NCBI GenBank assembly: GCA_043797085.1
Contig: JAZDQA010000011.1
Coordinates: 96,001-160,000 of the forward strand
Source of the DNA: Pseudomonadota bacterium
GTDB lineage: Bacteria; Campylobacterota; Campylobacteria; Campylobacterales; Sulfurimonadaceae
Direction: 5' to 3'
Length of the DNA: 64,000 nucleotides
A program made the translations under genes and the position numbers. Shown here piece by piece: positions 28,807 through 38,878 of this stretch. The notes below the pieces were generated by a model. That model saw only the letters and a program-made list of their open reading frames with translations. It did no database searches and was not told where the DNA came from. The number at the start of each line of letters is the position of its first letter. Positions within the stretch are counted from its first letter, which is position 1.

Positions 28807-30058
28807 TCACTCTCACTTCCCCGCTCAACAACTTCTGTATAAGCCCTTTTTTAAGGGTTTTAAATGCCTCTTTTTTAGCTCGTAGGGTTTCGAGTTTTTC
28901 GTCGGTGGTGGAGAGGATTTCGGCGATTTTTTGCTGTTCTTCAAGAGGAGGAAGAGGTACTTTGATAACTGAAAAATCAGATTTATTTAACAAAGGAACA
29001 GCCTGAGTACCTGCAAGATTTTTTATATACTCTTTTTTCATATCAAGCACATAATAATAAAAGTCTGGAGAATTTTCTTTTGTGCAAACAAGAGAGTTTA
29101 TTTGTTGATTGGTGCTCATTTCTTCATAAGCCATGCCGATTTTTCCAATTGTTGAACCGATACACGTCACCAAAATACTACGAGCAGGTAAAATTCTTGT
29201 TTGTTCAAACCCTAAATCAGTTAGTTTATTAGCCGTATTTTTGACTTCTTTTGATTTTCCCAAATCACTTGGAGAAGCCCAAAGTCTGGTGCCATTCGTG
29301 TAATACTCTTGATTTGAAGTTTTTGGAGTGCTACCTGTCACAATTTGCCCAATCTTCTTCAGTTCCACTACTTCCCACACCCTCGGAATCCGCCCAATCT
29401 CAGACTCTTTAAACTCACTATGCCCGATCCCCTCACTCAAAAGCCGCTGCATTAACCCCCGCTTGAGGGTTTGGGTCTCTTCGATCTTGGAGTCAATCGA
29501 ATCGATCTTTTGATCGACGGTACTGAGGATTTCGGCGATTTTTTGCTGTTCTGGGAGAGGGGGAAACGTAATTAAAAGCTTTCGTAAATTTTGAATCCCC
29601 AATGATATCCGTGTGGATCCTGACGTAAAATTTCTGAATTGATTTTTGGTATGCCCTGAATTCAAAAATTGAAACAAGAACTCATTTTTTATACTTTTGC
29701 TTTTTATTAATGCCATTGTCGGTGATAATGCAAATGGAAAATCGTAACGCTTAAACTTTATAACTTTACCTACGGTTGCAACTCTTCCAAATGCAATATC
29801 GTTTTCATTTATCGCAATATTGTTATTTTGCTCTAAAACGTCTTCAAGAGAAACTTTTCTACAGCTTGATAAATTAATCTCACCACTTTCACTAATATCA
29901 CCTATCCCCACAAATGGATAGCCATTACTATCTTCTTTAGGTGCTCTATGAGTTGGGTGTGGGTCAAGAATATCAGCTACATTTCCTAATTCGAGAAGCT
30001 CCCATTCTTCAGGAATCACCCCGATTTCGGTCTGTTTGTATCCTTCTCGAATACTCAT
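28799..30058 (-). CDS. hsdS: Type I RM specificity subunit
   Basis: Two TRDs; conserved IPEEW/IPRVW and PPL.EQQKIAEILST repeats. Confidence 0.96.
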   Translation of the reverse strand: MSIREGYKQTEIGVIPEEWELLELGNVADILDPHPTHRAPKEDSNGYPFVGIGDISESGEINLSSCRKVSLEDVLEQNNNIAINENDIAFGRVATVGKVIKFKRYDFPFALSPTMALIKSKSIKNEFLFQFLNSGHTKNQFRNFTSGSTRISLGIQNLRKLLITFPPLPEQQKIAEILSTVDQKIDSIDSKIEETQTLKRGLMQRLLSEGIGHSEFKESEIGRIPRVWEVVELKKIGQIVTGSTPKTSNQEYYTNGTRLWASPSDLGKSKEVKNTANKLTDLGFEQTRILPARSILVTCIGSTIGKIGMAYEEMSTNQQINSLVCTKENSPDFYYYVLDMKKEYIKNLAGTQAVPLLNKSDFSVIKVPLPPLEEQQKIAEILSTTDEKLETLRAKKEAFKTLKKGLIQKLLSGEVRVNA

Positions 30059-31611
30059 AGAGCAAACCCTAACTCTCTAAGGTATTCGCCCAGCTTCTCG
30101 TCGATCTCCCGCTCTTTCTCCTCGATCTCACTGATTTTCCCAAGCGTCTCTTCTATGTCTATGATTACCTCTTCGGCACTCATATCGATATAACGGGCGA
30201 TATTGAGATTGTAATCATTATCAGCGATTTCGGACATATCAACCACTCTCATATACTGCTCGACTTCACACCCAGTGTCATAGGAGCTGACCACTTTTTC
30301 GATATTTTCAGGAGTGAGAGAGTTTTGATTTTTGCCGTCTTTATACTCTTTGGAAGCGTCGATAAAGATCACTTTATTCTTTAGAGCTTCGGATTTTGAT
30401 TTATTTATAAGGATAATGCTCGCAGGGATTCCCGTGTTATAAAATAGTTTTTCAGGCAACCCCACCACCGCTTCGATTAGATCGTCACGGAGCAGCCCTT
30501 CACGGATTTTCCCCTCTGTACCGCTACGAAAGAGGACACCGTGAGGCAGAACGATCCCCATTTTCCCATTGTGTTTGAGGACGCTGATCATGTGCTGTAA
30601 AAACGCCATATCGCCATAGCCACGAGGAGGAATACCATAGCGGAACCGTCCGTATTCGTCGCTCACTACGTCGTTGTATTTAGGAGCTATCGGCTGACCT
30701 TTTGCGTCGGTCTTTACATCCACTTCGGCAGCTTCCCACCAGTTGGAGAGACTAAAAGGGGGATTGGCGATAACACGGTCGAATGTTTCGAGTTCTCCAT
30801 TTACGGTATGTTTCGGAGAGCCTAATGTATCGCCTTTGCGAATATCGGAGTCTTTGAAGTTATGGACGATCATATTGATCTTACAAATCGCCCACGTCCC
30901 TAAGTTTTTCTCCTGACCTTTGAGGGTACAGTTGACATACTCACCGATCAGTCCGCCATGACTAGCTACATAATGCGCCGACTGGATCAGCATACCGCCC
31001 GATCCACACGTAGGATCGTAGATCGTGTTTCCCGCTTCGGGTTTGATCAGTTGAACGAGGAGCTGCACCACCTCTTTAGGGGTATAGAATTCTCCCCCTT
31101 TTTTACCAGCGTCGTCGGCGAATACACGGATTAGGTATTCATAGGCGTTTCCGAGAATATCGGGATTTTCGAGTGCGGAGTTGGCGAGAGAGTATTTGTT
31201 GAAATGCTGTAAAAGACGGGAGAGGAGTTTATCGGGAAGTTTTTCGCTATCGCCGAAATGTACTGCCGTCATTACCCCCTCTAATGAGCTGTTGTGTTCT
31301 TCGATTGCGCTAAACGCTTGATCTATCGCTTGACCGATATTTTCCGTCTTTTTGGTGATCTCTTTCCACCATGCGGCTTGGGGGATATAAAAGCGGTGGA
31401 AGTCTTCGTCTTCTATCGCTTCTTCGAGGGTGATTCCCTCTTTATGAGCGGCATTCTCCGCCTCTTCGAAAAACTGATCACTGGCACGTTTGAGAAAGAG
31501 GAGTCCGAAAATATAGTTTTTAAAATCTGAGCTGTCGATATGCCCGCGCAGTAAGTTCGCCGAATCCCAAAGCCACGATTCGAGCGTTGCTAAATCCAAT
31601 TTTTGAGCCAT
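30055..31611 (-). CDS. hsdM: Type I RM N6-adenine methyltransferase
   Basis: GEFYTP, DPTCGSGG, NPPF, LPHGVLFR. Confidence 0.97.
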   Translation of the reverse strand: MAQKLDLATLESWLWDSANLLRGHIDSSDFKNYIFGLLFLKRASDQFFEEAENAAHKEGITLEEAIEDEDFHRFYIPQAAWWKEITKKTENIGQAIDQAFSAIEEHNSSLEGVMTAVHFGDSEKLPDKLLSRLLQHFNKYSLANSALENPDILGNAYEYLIRVFADDAGKKGGEFYTPKEVVQLLVQLIKPEAGNTIYDPTCGSGGMLIQSAHYVASHGGLIGEYVNCTLKGQEKNLGTWAICKINMIVHNFKDSDIRKGDTLGSPKHTVNGELETFDRVIANPPFSLSNWWEAAEVDVKTDAKGQPIAPKYNDVVSDEYGRFRYGIPPRGYGDMAFLQHMISVLKHNGKMGIVLPHGVLFRSGTEGKIREGLLRDDLIEAVVGLPEKLFYNTGIPASIILINKSKSEALKNKVIFIDASKEYKDGKNQNSLTPENIEKVVSSYDTGCEVEQYMRVVDMSEIADNDYNLNIARYIDMSAEEVIIDIEETLGKISEIEEKEREIDEKLGEYLRELGFAL

Positions 31612-31712
31612 AAAAATCCTAAATTATAAAGTCGTTCATTATAGGAGAAAACATTTAAATGAAAGTGGGTTGTCCTTGTTTTCTGTTGGTTTTTTATATC
31701 TTCCATTTCATT

Positions 31713-32819
31713 TTAATGCTCTAGCAACTTCTCTTTACGCTCTTTTTCGGCGATCACGATGGCATCAATAACTCCACTTGCTATCTCACTGCTCTTTAAA
31801 TAGTTCATGGTGAGATATTTTTTGATTGTATTTGGGTCATTGTGTCCCAGTGCCGCACTGAGATGCATACTCTCTAGCCCTTGTTCTGCCATTGCCGATA
31901 CCATCACGTTACGCAGGTAATGGATACCAAAATTAGTATCTTTTAATCGTGTTTTTAGGCGTCCAACAACTTTGTCAATGTTGATGATATGCCCACCCGT
32001 AATTCGAGAGCTAAAGACCCAACCCTCATCCTGACGGAATATCTCTAAATTTTCTTTGATTGCATCGGATAAAAATATCTTTTGTTCTTCATCATTTTTA
32101 GTTTTTCGCAGCACATAATAATTCGCATTGAAATTGATATCCTCCCAGCGCAGAGTTAGTATTTCACCTTTTCGTCTGCCTTGGAGGGCAAATAGAAAAA
32201 ATGCGAGATAGAACGGATCATCATTAAATTCTTTATGAATTGCTTCATGAATAGAGTTTAGCTTACTAACGGCATTGACAACCATTTTTTTGGATGGAGG
32301 CAATTTTATCTTTATCCCATCGAGCGGGTTAAAGGATATGAGTCGATTTGCTATGGCTTTTTTCAAAGCAGGGGAGAGCACTTCTAGCGTCTGCTTAATT
32401 GTTCGAGGAAGTAATCCTAGTTCCTCTTGTTTTTTTATCGCGTGGCTTATATGCAACTGCCGAAGTTCTGTAACCTTCTTTTGACCACAATAAGGACTTA
32501 CATAGCGCTTATAATGACTTTTGCGTGTTTTAGTGTAATTCGTATCGGGAAGAAGTTTGAAATGAGCATCTATAAAATCATCAAGTGTTATATTGCTGTT
32601 TAAGATATTTTCTTTTTTAGCATTTTTGATCCTAATAACTTCAATCTTTGCAAAAGCTATTTTATCTTTTTTAGTCCATGAAACTTGATCACTTACATCT
32701 ATTAAACCGCTGTGTTCTTTTTTTTCATACGAAAAACGATAGAGAAAAATAGTATATGAACTATTAGCCCACAACCCTGTTTCAATCTTTTGCGGATAAT
32801 CATTTCTGTCTATAGCCAT
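31713..32819 (-). CDS. int: Island tyrosine integrase
   Basis: GRRKGE, HYLR, LGH, KY; clearly paralogous to 5911-6969; next to att core 2. Confidence 0.93.
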   Translation of the reverse strand: MAIDRNDYPQKIETGLWANSSYTIFLYRFSYEKKEHSGLIDVSDQVSWTKKDKIAFAKIEVIRIKNAKKENILNSNITLDDFIDAHFKLLPDTNYTKTRKSHYKRYVSPYCGQKKVTELRQLHISHAIKKQEELGLLPRTIKQTLEVLSPALKKAIANRLISFNPLDGIKIKLPPSKKMVVNAVSKLNSIHEAIHKEFNDDPFYLAFFLFALQGRRKGEILTLRWEDINFNANYYVLRKTKNDEEQKIFLSDAIKENLEIFRQDEGWVFSSRITGGHIINIDKVVGRLKTRLKDTNFGIHYLRNVMVSAMAEQGLESMHLSAALGHNDPNTIKKYLTMNYLKSSEIASGVIDAIVIAEKERKEKLLEH

Positions 32820-32846
32820 TAATATTATCCCTCCCTGATATTATAT

Positions 32847-32868
32847 TTGGGTACCGTTTTGGGTACCA
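32847..32868 (+). repeat. TTGGGTACC x2 (12-bp period), putative arm-type sites at the island's right end
   Basis: Matches 7224-7245. Confidence 0.75.
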
Positions 32869-32976
32869 ACTTTGTAGGTATTAGTATATTCTTATTAATA
32901 TTAAAGAAGACTATAAAGCCCATAAAATAGGCTTATTAGTATGCGTATATATTAGTAAATTATATAGCAGTAGTGG

Positions 32977-33021
32977 CTCATAACGGAGTTGTCGCAGGTT
33001 CAAATCCTGCTTGACCCACCA
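32977..33021 (+). repeat. att core 2: 3' half of the tRNA(CAT)
   Basis: Identical to 7111-7155; the match extends 8 bp further with 1 mismatch; no 5' half. Confidence 0.93.
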
Positions 33022-33094
33022 TCTTCAAATACCGCAATTATCAAAAAATCAAACATATTACAAAAGTTATAAATGTATCTACTAATGCTTATCG

Positions 33095-34045
33095 TCATCT
33101 CTGTTGTTGCATCGTTTCATAAAGCTGTGCAAGTGATTCAACAAATAAAGGGTGATCGTTTGGGGCACGTGCTACACGGTAGTCGTCAATTCCAAGTGCT
33201 TTGGCTTTCTCTCGGTATTCGATATCAAGCTCAAATTCTGTTTCGGAGTTGTCAACTGTAAAAGCGATAGGGTAGATGATGACTTTTTTGGTCTTTAAGC
33301 TGGCAAGTTTATCTTCTAGATAGGGTCGTATCCACTCTAATGGCCCGAGTCTGGATTGATAGGCCAAATGGGTTTTGTTGAAATGGAGTCCAGCATCGTT
33401 AAGTGCACGCCGTACATGATAGACGTTATTACGAATATGTCGTTGATAGAGATCACCTTTGGCAATAATCTGTTTTGTAAGGCCATGTGCTGAAAAAACG
33501 AGATCAAATTCTTGGGGATTATCGTCTCCAATTGTTTCTTTGATACGTTCAACGATCGCATTGATATAGTTGGGTTCATTGTAATAGCGGTCAATAGTTT
33601 TAATCTTATGTGAAATTCCTAAACGCAAGGACTCTTCGTGTAAAACGTCAAAAGAGGAGACGGTTGTTGTCGATGAATGATGGGGATAAAGAGGGATGGC
33701 ATAAATCTCATCATACGATGCAACATCTTTGAGTACATCAACAGTATAAGGAGGAGTATAGCGCATTACATAATAGACATCAACATTGAGCCGCTTAGAC
33801 AGTGCATTTACAAGATTGCGCGTGTGTGCAACGATAGGAGATTTACCTCCAATCAAAGAATAGTTATGTTGTGATTCTTTGAGCCTCAGGGTTGTAATGA
33901 GCCATGCGATGATAGAACGGATTGGTTTTGGAGCACCAATAATACGTTTGTCATTAAACATGTTGGTCAAAAAAACTTTTACCTCGGAGAGATTGTTGGG
34001 ACCACCCATATTGAGTAAAAGAACTGCTTTGGTCGTGTGTATCAT
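33095..34045 (-). CDS. hemH: Ferrochelatase
   Basis: LLNMGGP, GGKSP, FSAHG, YQSRLGP..W, DNSETEFELD; start MIHTTK preferred because of the ATGA overlap. Confidence 0.95.
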   Translation of the reverse strand: MIHTTKAVLLLNMGGPNNLSEVKVFLTNMFNDKRIIGAPKPIRSIIAWLITTLRLKESQHNYSLIGGKSPIVAHTRNLVNALSKRLNVDVYYVMRYTPPYTVDVLKDVASYDEIYAIPLYPHHSSTTTVSSFDVLHEESLRLGISHKIKTIDRYYNEPNYINAIVERIKETIGDDNPQEFDLVFSAHGLTKQIIAKGDLYQRHIRNNVYHVRRALNDAGLHFNKTHLAYQSRLGPLEWIRPYLEDKLASLKTKKVIIYPIAFTVDNSETEFELDIEYREKAKALGIDDYRVARAPNDHPLFVESLAQLYETMQQQR

Positions 34046-34140
34046 AAGGAACCTGTCCATATAGCATCCAGCAAAGGTAAAGTAAGTGAAGAGGATGCGA
34101 GAAATGCAAAAAATGGATGGTGTTCAAAGAGTTTAATCAT
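34042..34140 (-). CDS. Unannotated 32-aa hydrophobic peptide coupled to hemH
   Basis: GGAG RBS; MIKLFEHHPFFAFLASSSLTLPLLDAIWTGSL; stop overlaps the hemH ATG. Confidence 0.5.
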   Translation of the reverse strand: MIKLFEHHPFFAFLASSSLTLPLLDAIWTGSL

Positions 34141-34230
34141 TAGTATTCTCCGATAGATAAAATATAGAAGAATGATAGAAAAAAAAACAATCCTTTCGTA
34201 GGGCTTTTTTGACAGTTTGATATTACATAA

Positions 34231-34381
34231 TTAGTGTTTTGAAAAATACGCTTTGGTTGCGTTGTGACGATACTCAAACATGGTATCTATATCCCGCTTG
34301 ATGAGTGCTAATGCGCCTAGCCATCCCATGGGAAAGCTGAGATCGTTAAGGTTTCTTCCATAAGTGTTGTTTGAGTTTCAT
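34231..34381 (-). pseudogene. Remnant of an SRPBCC-family gene
   Basis: Out-of-frame tail FPMGWLGALALIKRDIDTMFEYRHNATK resembles the SRPBCC C-terminus; the ATGA-coupled start frame stops after 11 codons. Confidence 0.45.
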
Positions 34382-35787
34382 AGATGAGCTTTTTTAATAA
34401 GATTGTTTGCCATCCCTTTAAAAACGAAAAGATGGATGGGTATTAATGCGTACCAATAGAGTCTTCCAGCAAGACCTTGAGGATAAAAATAGGCACTTTG
34501 ATAAAGATTTCCGTCTTTGATTAAAAACTCAAGCCATGCTTTTCCTGGTAGTTTCATTTGTGCAAAGAGTAAAAGTCTTTGATTGTCTTGGATATCAACG
34601 ACTTTCCAAAAATCGATACTGTCACCTATGCGAACGGCTTTTGGATCACGTCTCCCGCGTGAAATACCATAGCCGCCGAAAAGTTTATCGATAAACCCAC
34701 GCGTTTCCCACAGCCAGTCAAATCCAAACCATCCATTTGCTCCTCCAACAGAACAAAAAGTTTCAAACACTTTTTGAGCTGATATGTCATTTAGCGGTAT
34801 GAGTTGACGATCGATAAACACGGCATCGGCTAAATTGGCATGATCGGTTTCCCATGCTTCTCCTGAGGCATCCGACCAGCGACTTAGAACTTGAGCAGTT
34901 TTTATCTCTTCAACCGTCGCATTGACCGCTTCACGATAGGACATGGGATGGATTGAGGGGAAAAGCTGTGCGGCATTATTGTTGGTCAAGAGGACTTCAC
35001 TTTTTAGTCCTTCGATGAGGGCAGAGGCTACCGAGTAAGGGACAGGAGTCATAATGGTAAGCCAATAGGAGGAGAGTTTCGGGGTGAAAAAAGGGATTGG
35101 TATGAGAGTACGTTCCAACCCTACGGCATCGGCATAGCCTAAGAGAAGATCTTTATAGCTCATGGTTTCACTCCCGATATCGATCATACTGCTTTGCTGT
35201 TTTGGGAGGAATGCCGCTAGGGTCAAGTATTCGATTACGTCACTTTGGGAGATCGGTTGACAGAGGGTATTGACCCATTTTGGGGTAATCATAAAAGGGA
35301 GTTTTTCCACCAAGTGACGGATGATTTCAAAGCTAGCAGAACCGGATCCAATGATAACACCTGCACGAAACCACAGTGTCTGGATCATATCCGGACGGGA
35401 GCTTAGTATCTCTCCTGTCTCAATACGGCTGAGGAGATGTTCGCTTGCGCTCTTTTTTTCACCCAAACCGCCCAAGTAAATAATACGCTTTACGCCCGCT
35501 TTTATACAGGCATCCAAAAAATTCTGAGCACTTTTTCGATCGAGTTCTCGATAATTACTCGATGCCATCGAATGAATCAGGTAATACGCTGTATCTATAC
35601 CTTGAAGCGCTTGATTGAGACTTTCAACATCAAAAGTATTACCTTGAAAAATTTCAACGCGCTCTTGGGGATTAAGCGTTTGTCCGTGCTTTACAAAAAG
35701 ACGCACATTAATCGTCTCTTCTTGCAGTAATCTATGTTTGAGTCGTCGCCCAATATATCCGTTTGCACCTGTTAATAATACATTCAT
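34378..35787 (-). CDS. NAD(P)-binding SDR protein with DUF2867-like C-terminus (YbjT-like)
   Basis: TGANGYIG, AYYLIHSM, GSGSASFE, DFWKV, MKLPGKAWLEF. Confidence 0.88.
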   Translation of the reverse strand: MNVLLTGANGYIGRRLKHRLLQEETINVRLFVKHGQTLNPQERVEIFQGNTFDVESLNQALQGIDTAYYLIHSMASSNYRELDRKSAQNFLDACIKAGVKRIIYLGGLGEKKSASEHLLSRIETGEILSSRPDMIQTLWFRAGVIIGSGSASFEIIRHLVEKLPFMITPKWVNTLCQPISQSDVIEYLTLAAFLPKQQSSMIDIGSETMSYKDLLLGYADAVGLERTLIPIPFFTPKLSSYWLTIMTPVPYSVASALIEGLKSEVLLTNNNAAQLFPSIHPMSYREAVNATVEEIKTAQVLSRWSDASGEAWETDHANLADAVFIDRQLIPLNDISAQKVFETFCSVGGANGWFGFDWLWETRGFIDKLFGGYGISRGRRDPKAVRIGDSIDFWKVVDIQDNQRLLLFAQMKLPGKAWLEFLIKDGNLYQSAYFYPQGLAGRLYWYALIPIHLFVFKGMANNLIKKAHL

Positions 35788-36046
35788 TGTTTCTCACTTT
35801 TTGAGATAGTTAGAGAGTCATTTCTAATATTTACAGTACTATACATTTTTTACACAGCTTTTTGAACTATATTTTTGTCTTTTGATGAATTAAACATAAA
35901 AAATTGGTTAGTAAACATTTAAGAAAAGTAAACCTTATCATCAGTTACCCATTCGAAGAAAATATAAATATCTGGTTACGATTTACGGCATGGAGTAATT
36001 ACCATGTAATAGTTTTCATCCATAATTATGATCATTAAAATTGATT

Positions 36047-38878
36047 TTAAGCCATCCATTCATGGTTTTGAGACCATTTCTGAGACCATTCAATTAATTT
36101 TTCTGCGGGCATTGGTCGTGCGATTCCGTATCCTTGTGCATAATCACATCCAAGCAATAGCAGTTGTTTGCCATGTTCATGGGTTTCGACACCTTCTGCG
36201 ATCACTGCACGACCAAAAGCAGACGCTAAGCCAACTATGCCTGCTAAGATTGCCAAATCATCACTATCATCAAGCATATCACGAACAAAACTTTGATCGA
36301 TTTTTAAGGTAGCAACGGGAAGACGTTTAAGATAAGTAAGAGAGGAATAGCCCGTACCGAAATCATCTAAAGCGAAATGTATCCCCAGTTTTTTGCACTC
36401 TTCTATAATTTGAGAAGCTCGAGTAACATCTTCCAATGCACTGGTCTCCAGTACTTCAATTTCCAGTAAAGAAGAATCAAAATTTTCATGCTTAGCAAGA
36501 ATCTCTAGCAACCGTTCAACAAAATCCCCTTGCAGCAACTGCCGAGCTCCGACATTAACACTTACAGGCAAATTAAGCCCCTGATTTTGCCATCGTTGGA
36601 TTTGTGAAATAGCCTCGTTGATTACCCACTCACCGATTTCTACGGCTAATGGATGATTTTCAATGATCGGAAGAAATTTAAGAGGAGGGATAAGACCTTC
36701 TTGGGGGTGTTGCCAACGTATAAGTGCTTCAGCACCGATAAGGTCACCGGTACGCATATTAATTTTTGGTTGATAGTACAGAACAAATTCGTTGTTGCTC
36801 AGTGCCTGTTGTATTCTCTCTAAATTTTCGTGTCTTATGCGTATTGTGCGATCATGTTCAGGATTAAAAATATGATAGCGATTTTTACCCGATTGTTTCG
36901 CTTCATACATTGACTGATCCCCTTGTCGAATCAGCTGGTCAGCATCTACATCATCAAATTGAGGATAAAATGTCACCCCGATACTGGCTGAAACTTGAAT
37001 GACAATATCTTCTAAGTAGATAGTCTGACTTGCAGCATCTAAAAGTCTTTGTATAATAGGCAACGCAATGGAGGTATCATTCATATCCGTCAAAATTGCA
37101 ATAAACTCGTCACCTCCTAGTCTGGAAAGAGTATCTCCTTCGCGCAATGCTTGTTTCATCCGTGCTGAAAGAGCAACCAGAAGTTGATCTCCAACTGCAT
37201 GACCATAGCGATCATTGACTTCTTTGAATCCATCTAAATCAAGATAAAGCACGGCTATATGCTCATGTCGTCGCAGAGCTTGAGCCATTGCTTGTCGTAA
37301 TCGGTCTGAATTTAAAACACGATTGGGTAAACCGGTAAGGGAATCATAATGGGCAATGTGTTCAAGCTGCTGCTCGTGTTCCTTGGTCTTAGTGATGTCA
37401 TAAAACCATCCCAAAATGGACAATTCACCTTCAAATTCCATAGGAATGTAAGAAGCCAATACCCATATTGTTTGATTATTGATAAAAAGTTCTACAAGCC
37501 GATCACGTATAACTTCATTATTGTTAATCTGTGTTACTATCTCATCATACTCATTTTTATTCGCATAGTGATTTTTAGGACTTTTATCTATAAGAGTAGA
37601 TTTTTCTGTATCAATAAGTTTGGCATAAGCATTATTTGCAAAAAGAACTTTACTGCCGTTTGCTTTTGCAATTCTAACAGCAATAGGGCTTAATTCGAGT
37701 AATTGTGTAAGCATATGCTCTCGGTCATGCACGGTTTTTGCCAATTGGTGCATACTTTTTGAAATCAGCTCCAGTTCATCACCGGTTTTGATTAGAATAT
37801 CGGAATTATAATTTTGGTTTTTAATCGTCTGAATCTGCTCCATCAGCTTTTGTAACGGATTCGCAATTTGTTGATTAAACAAGTACCTAAGAAGCGCAAT
37901 TGCAATCAATGTCAGTGCAAGGATGATAGAAACAAAAGCGGTTCGGTTTTTTTTAAGGCTCTCAGACTGAAACGTTTTATCAAGATTGCTTATGATGTAT
38001 AGAGGACCATCCTTTGTAACGATAAAAGAGAAACCTTTATAAGCATTACTCTCATTAAGTATAGGTATTTGATTTCTATACTTAAGCGGTGAACTCAGTG
38101 TTTTAAATCGTGAATCCGAACTGGAATGTATCCATATGTTTAAATCATCAGAGAGTTCTTTAAAATAGCTTTTTCCCATTATTTGTGACATTTCAACATG
38201 AACGATAAGTTTATTTGTTTGTTTGTCTAAAAGACTCATGTGGCAGCTAACAATCAGTTCATCATTTTCCTTGTGATAGGTCACGATTCCTTTTGAATAC
38301 AAACCGGGATCAGTATAATTAGACGTATGCCGATACGGTATTAATCGGAGAAATTTAGTCGGTATTGGCTGATATTCTTCTTCTTGTTCCAAACGGCTGT
38401 ATATCGTCACTCTATTACTTTCATAAGAGATGAAATTGAGACGATACCCTTTTGAAGTTTTATAGACATACGCTAGAAGTTCTTGATGGGTATCATAAAG
38501 GGCAATGGAATCATTAAGCGAAAGTTTCACCCGATAAAGCAGCTGTTCCGTAATATTCTTTTTTTCTTCATCAAGCAAGATCGCATTGTAATTGTTTTTA
38601 TCCTGATACGAATCGATTAATTGAAGAGAAGAAATCATTATTTCATCGTCTTGGATGAATGTAATCCCTTGTTTTAAATTGTCTTCTAAAGAGTTTAGAC
38701 TCGTAGATATTCTCTGAAAAGCAAAATGAATTTGTTGTTGGGATTTTTCCGCGTAATTTGAACGAAGAAAATATTCAAAATAGCTTCCAAGGATTCCAAC
38801 CACCAATACTATCGTGGCGATAAGAATCAGCAGCAGCTTGTTTTTAAGATTTTGTTTTGAATACCAGTTGATCTGCAT
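36047..38878 (-). CDS. Membrane sensor HAMP-PAS-GGDEF-EAL c-di-GMP enzyme
   Basis: Two TMs around a periplasmic domain; RLGGDEF; EALIRW; DDFGTGYSSL. Confidence 0.93.
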   Translation of the reverse strand: MQINWYSKQNLKNKLLLILIATIVLVVGILGSYFEYFLRSNYAEKSQQQIHFAFQRISTSLNSLEDNLKQGITFIQDDEIMISSLQLIDSYQDKNNYNAILLDEEKKNITEQLLYRVKLSLNDSIALYDTHQELLAYVYKTSKGYRLNFISYESNRVTIYSRLEQEEEYQPIPTKFLRLIPYRHTSNYTDPGLYSKGIVTYHKENDELIVSCHMSLLDKQTNKLIVHVEMSQIMGKSYFKELSDDLNIWIHSSSDSRFKTLSSPLKYRNQIPILNESNAYKGFSFIVTKDGPLYIISNLDKTFQSESLKKNRTAFVSIILALTLIAIALLRYLFNQQIANPLQKLMEQIQTIKNQNYNSDILIKTGDELELISKSMHQLAKTVHDREHMLTQLLELSPIAVRIAKANGSKVLFANNAYAKLIDTEKSTLIDKSPKNHYANKNEYDEIVTQINNNEVIRDRLVELFINNQTIWVLASYIPMEFEGELSILGWFYDITKTKEHEQQLEHIAHYDSLTGLPNRVLNSDRLRQAMAQALRRHEHIAVLYLDLDGFKEVNDRYGHAVGDQLLVALSARMKQALREGDTLSRLGGDEFIAILTDMNDTSIALPIIQRLLDAASQTIYLEDIVIQVSASIGVTFYPQFDDVDADQLIRQGDQSMYEAKQSGKNRYHIFNPEHDRTIRIRHENLERIQQALSNNEFVLYYQPKINMRTGDLIGAEALIRWQHPQEGLIPPLKFLPIIENHPLAVEIGEWVINEAISQIQRWQNQGLNLPVSVNVGARQLLQGDFVERLLEILAKHENFDSSLLEIEVLETSALEDVTRASQIIEECKKLGIHFALDDFGTGYSSLTYLKRLPVATLKIDQSFVRDMLDDSDDLAILAGIVGLASAFGRAVIAEGVETHEHGKQLLLLGCDYAQGYGIARPMPAEKLIEWSQKWSQNHEWMA

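Larger units (their letters stand above)
7111..33021. mobile_element. Integrative satellite-like defence island of about 26 kb
   Basis: 45-bp direct repeats at both ends, integrase at the right end, matching arm repeats just inside both ends, xis/rep/CI at the left end. Confidence 0.9.

Noticed and set aside
28799..30058. hsdS shufflon based on internal repeats (about 28915-28940 and 29527-29552)
   Set aside because: These are the normal conserved regions of HsdS; no silent TRDs or inverted hsdS copies are present
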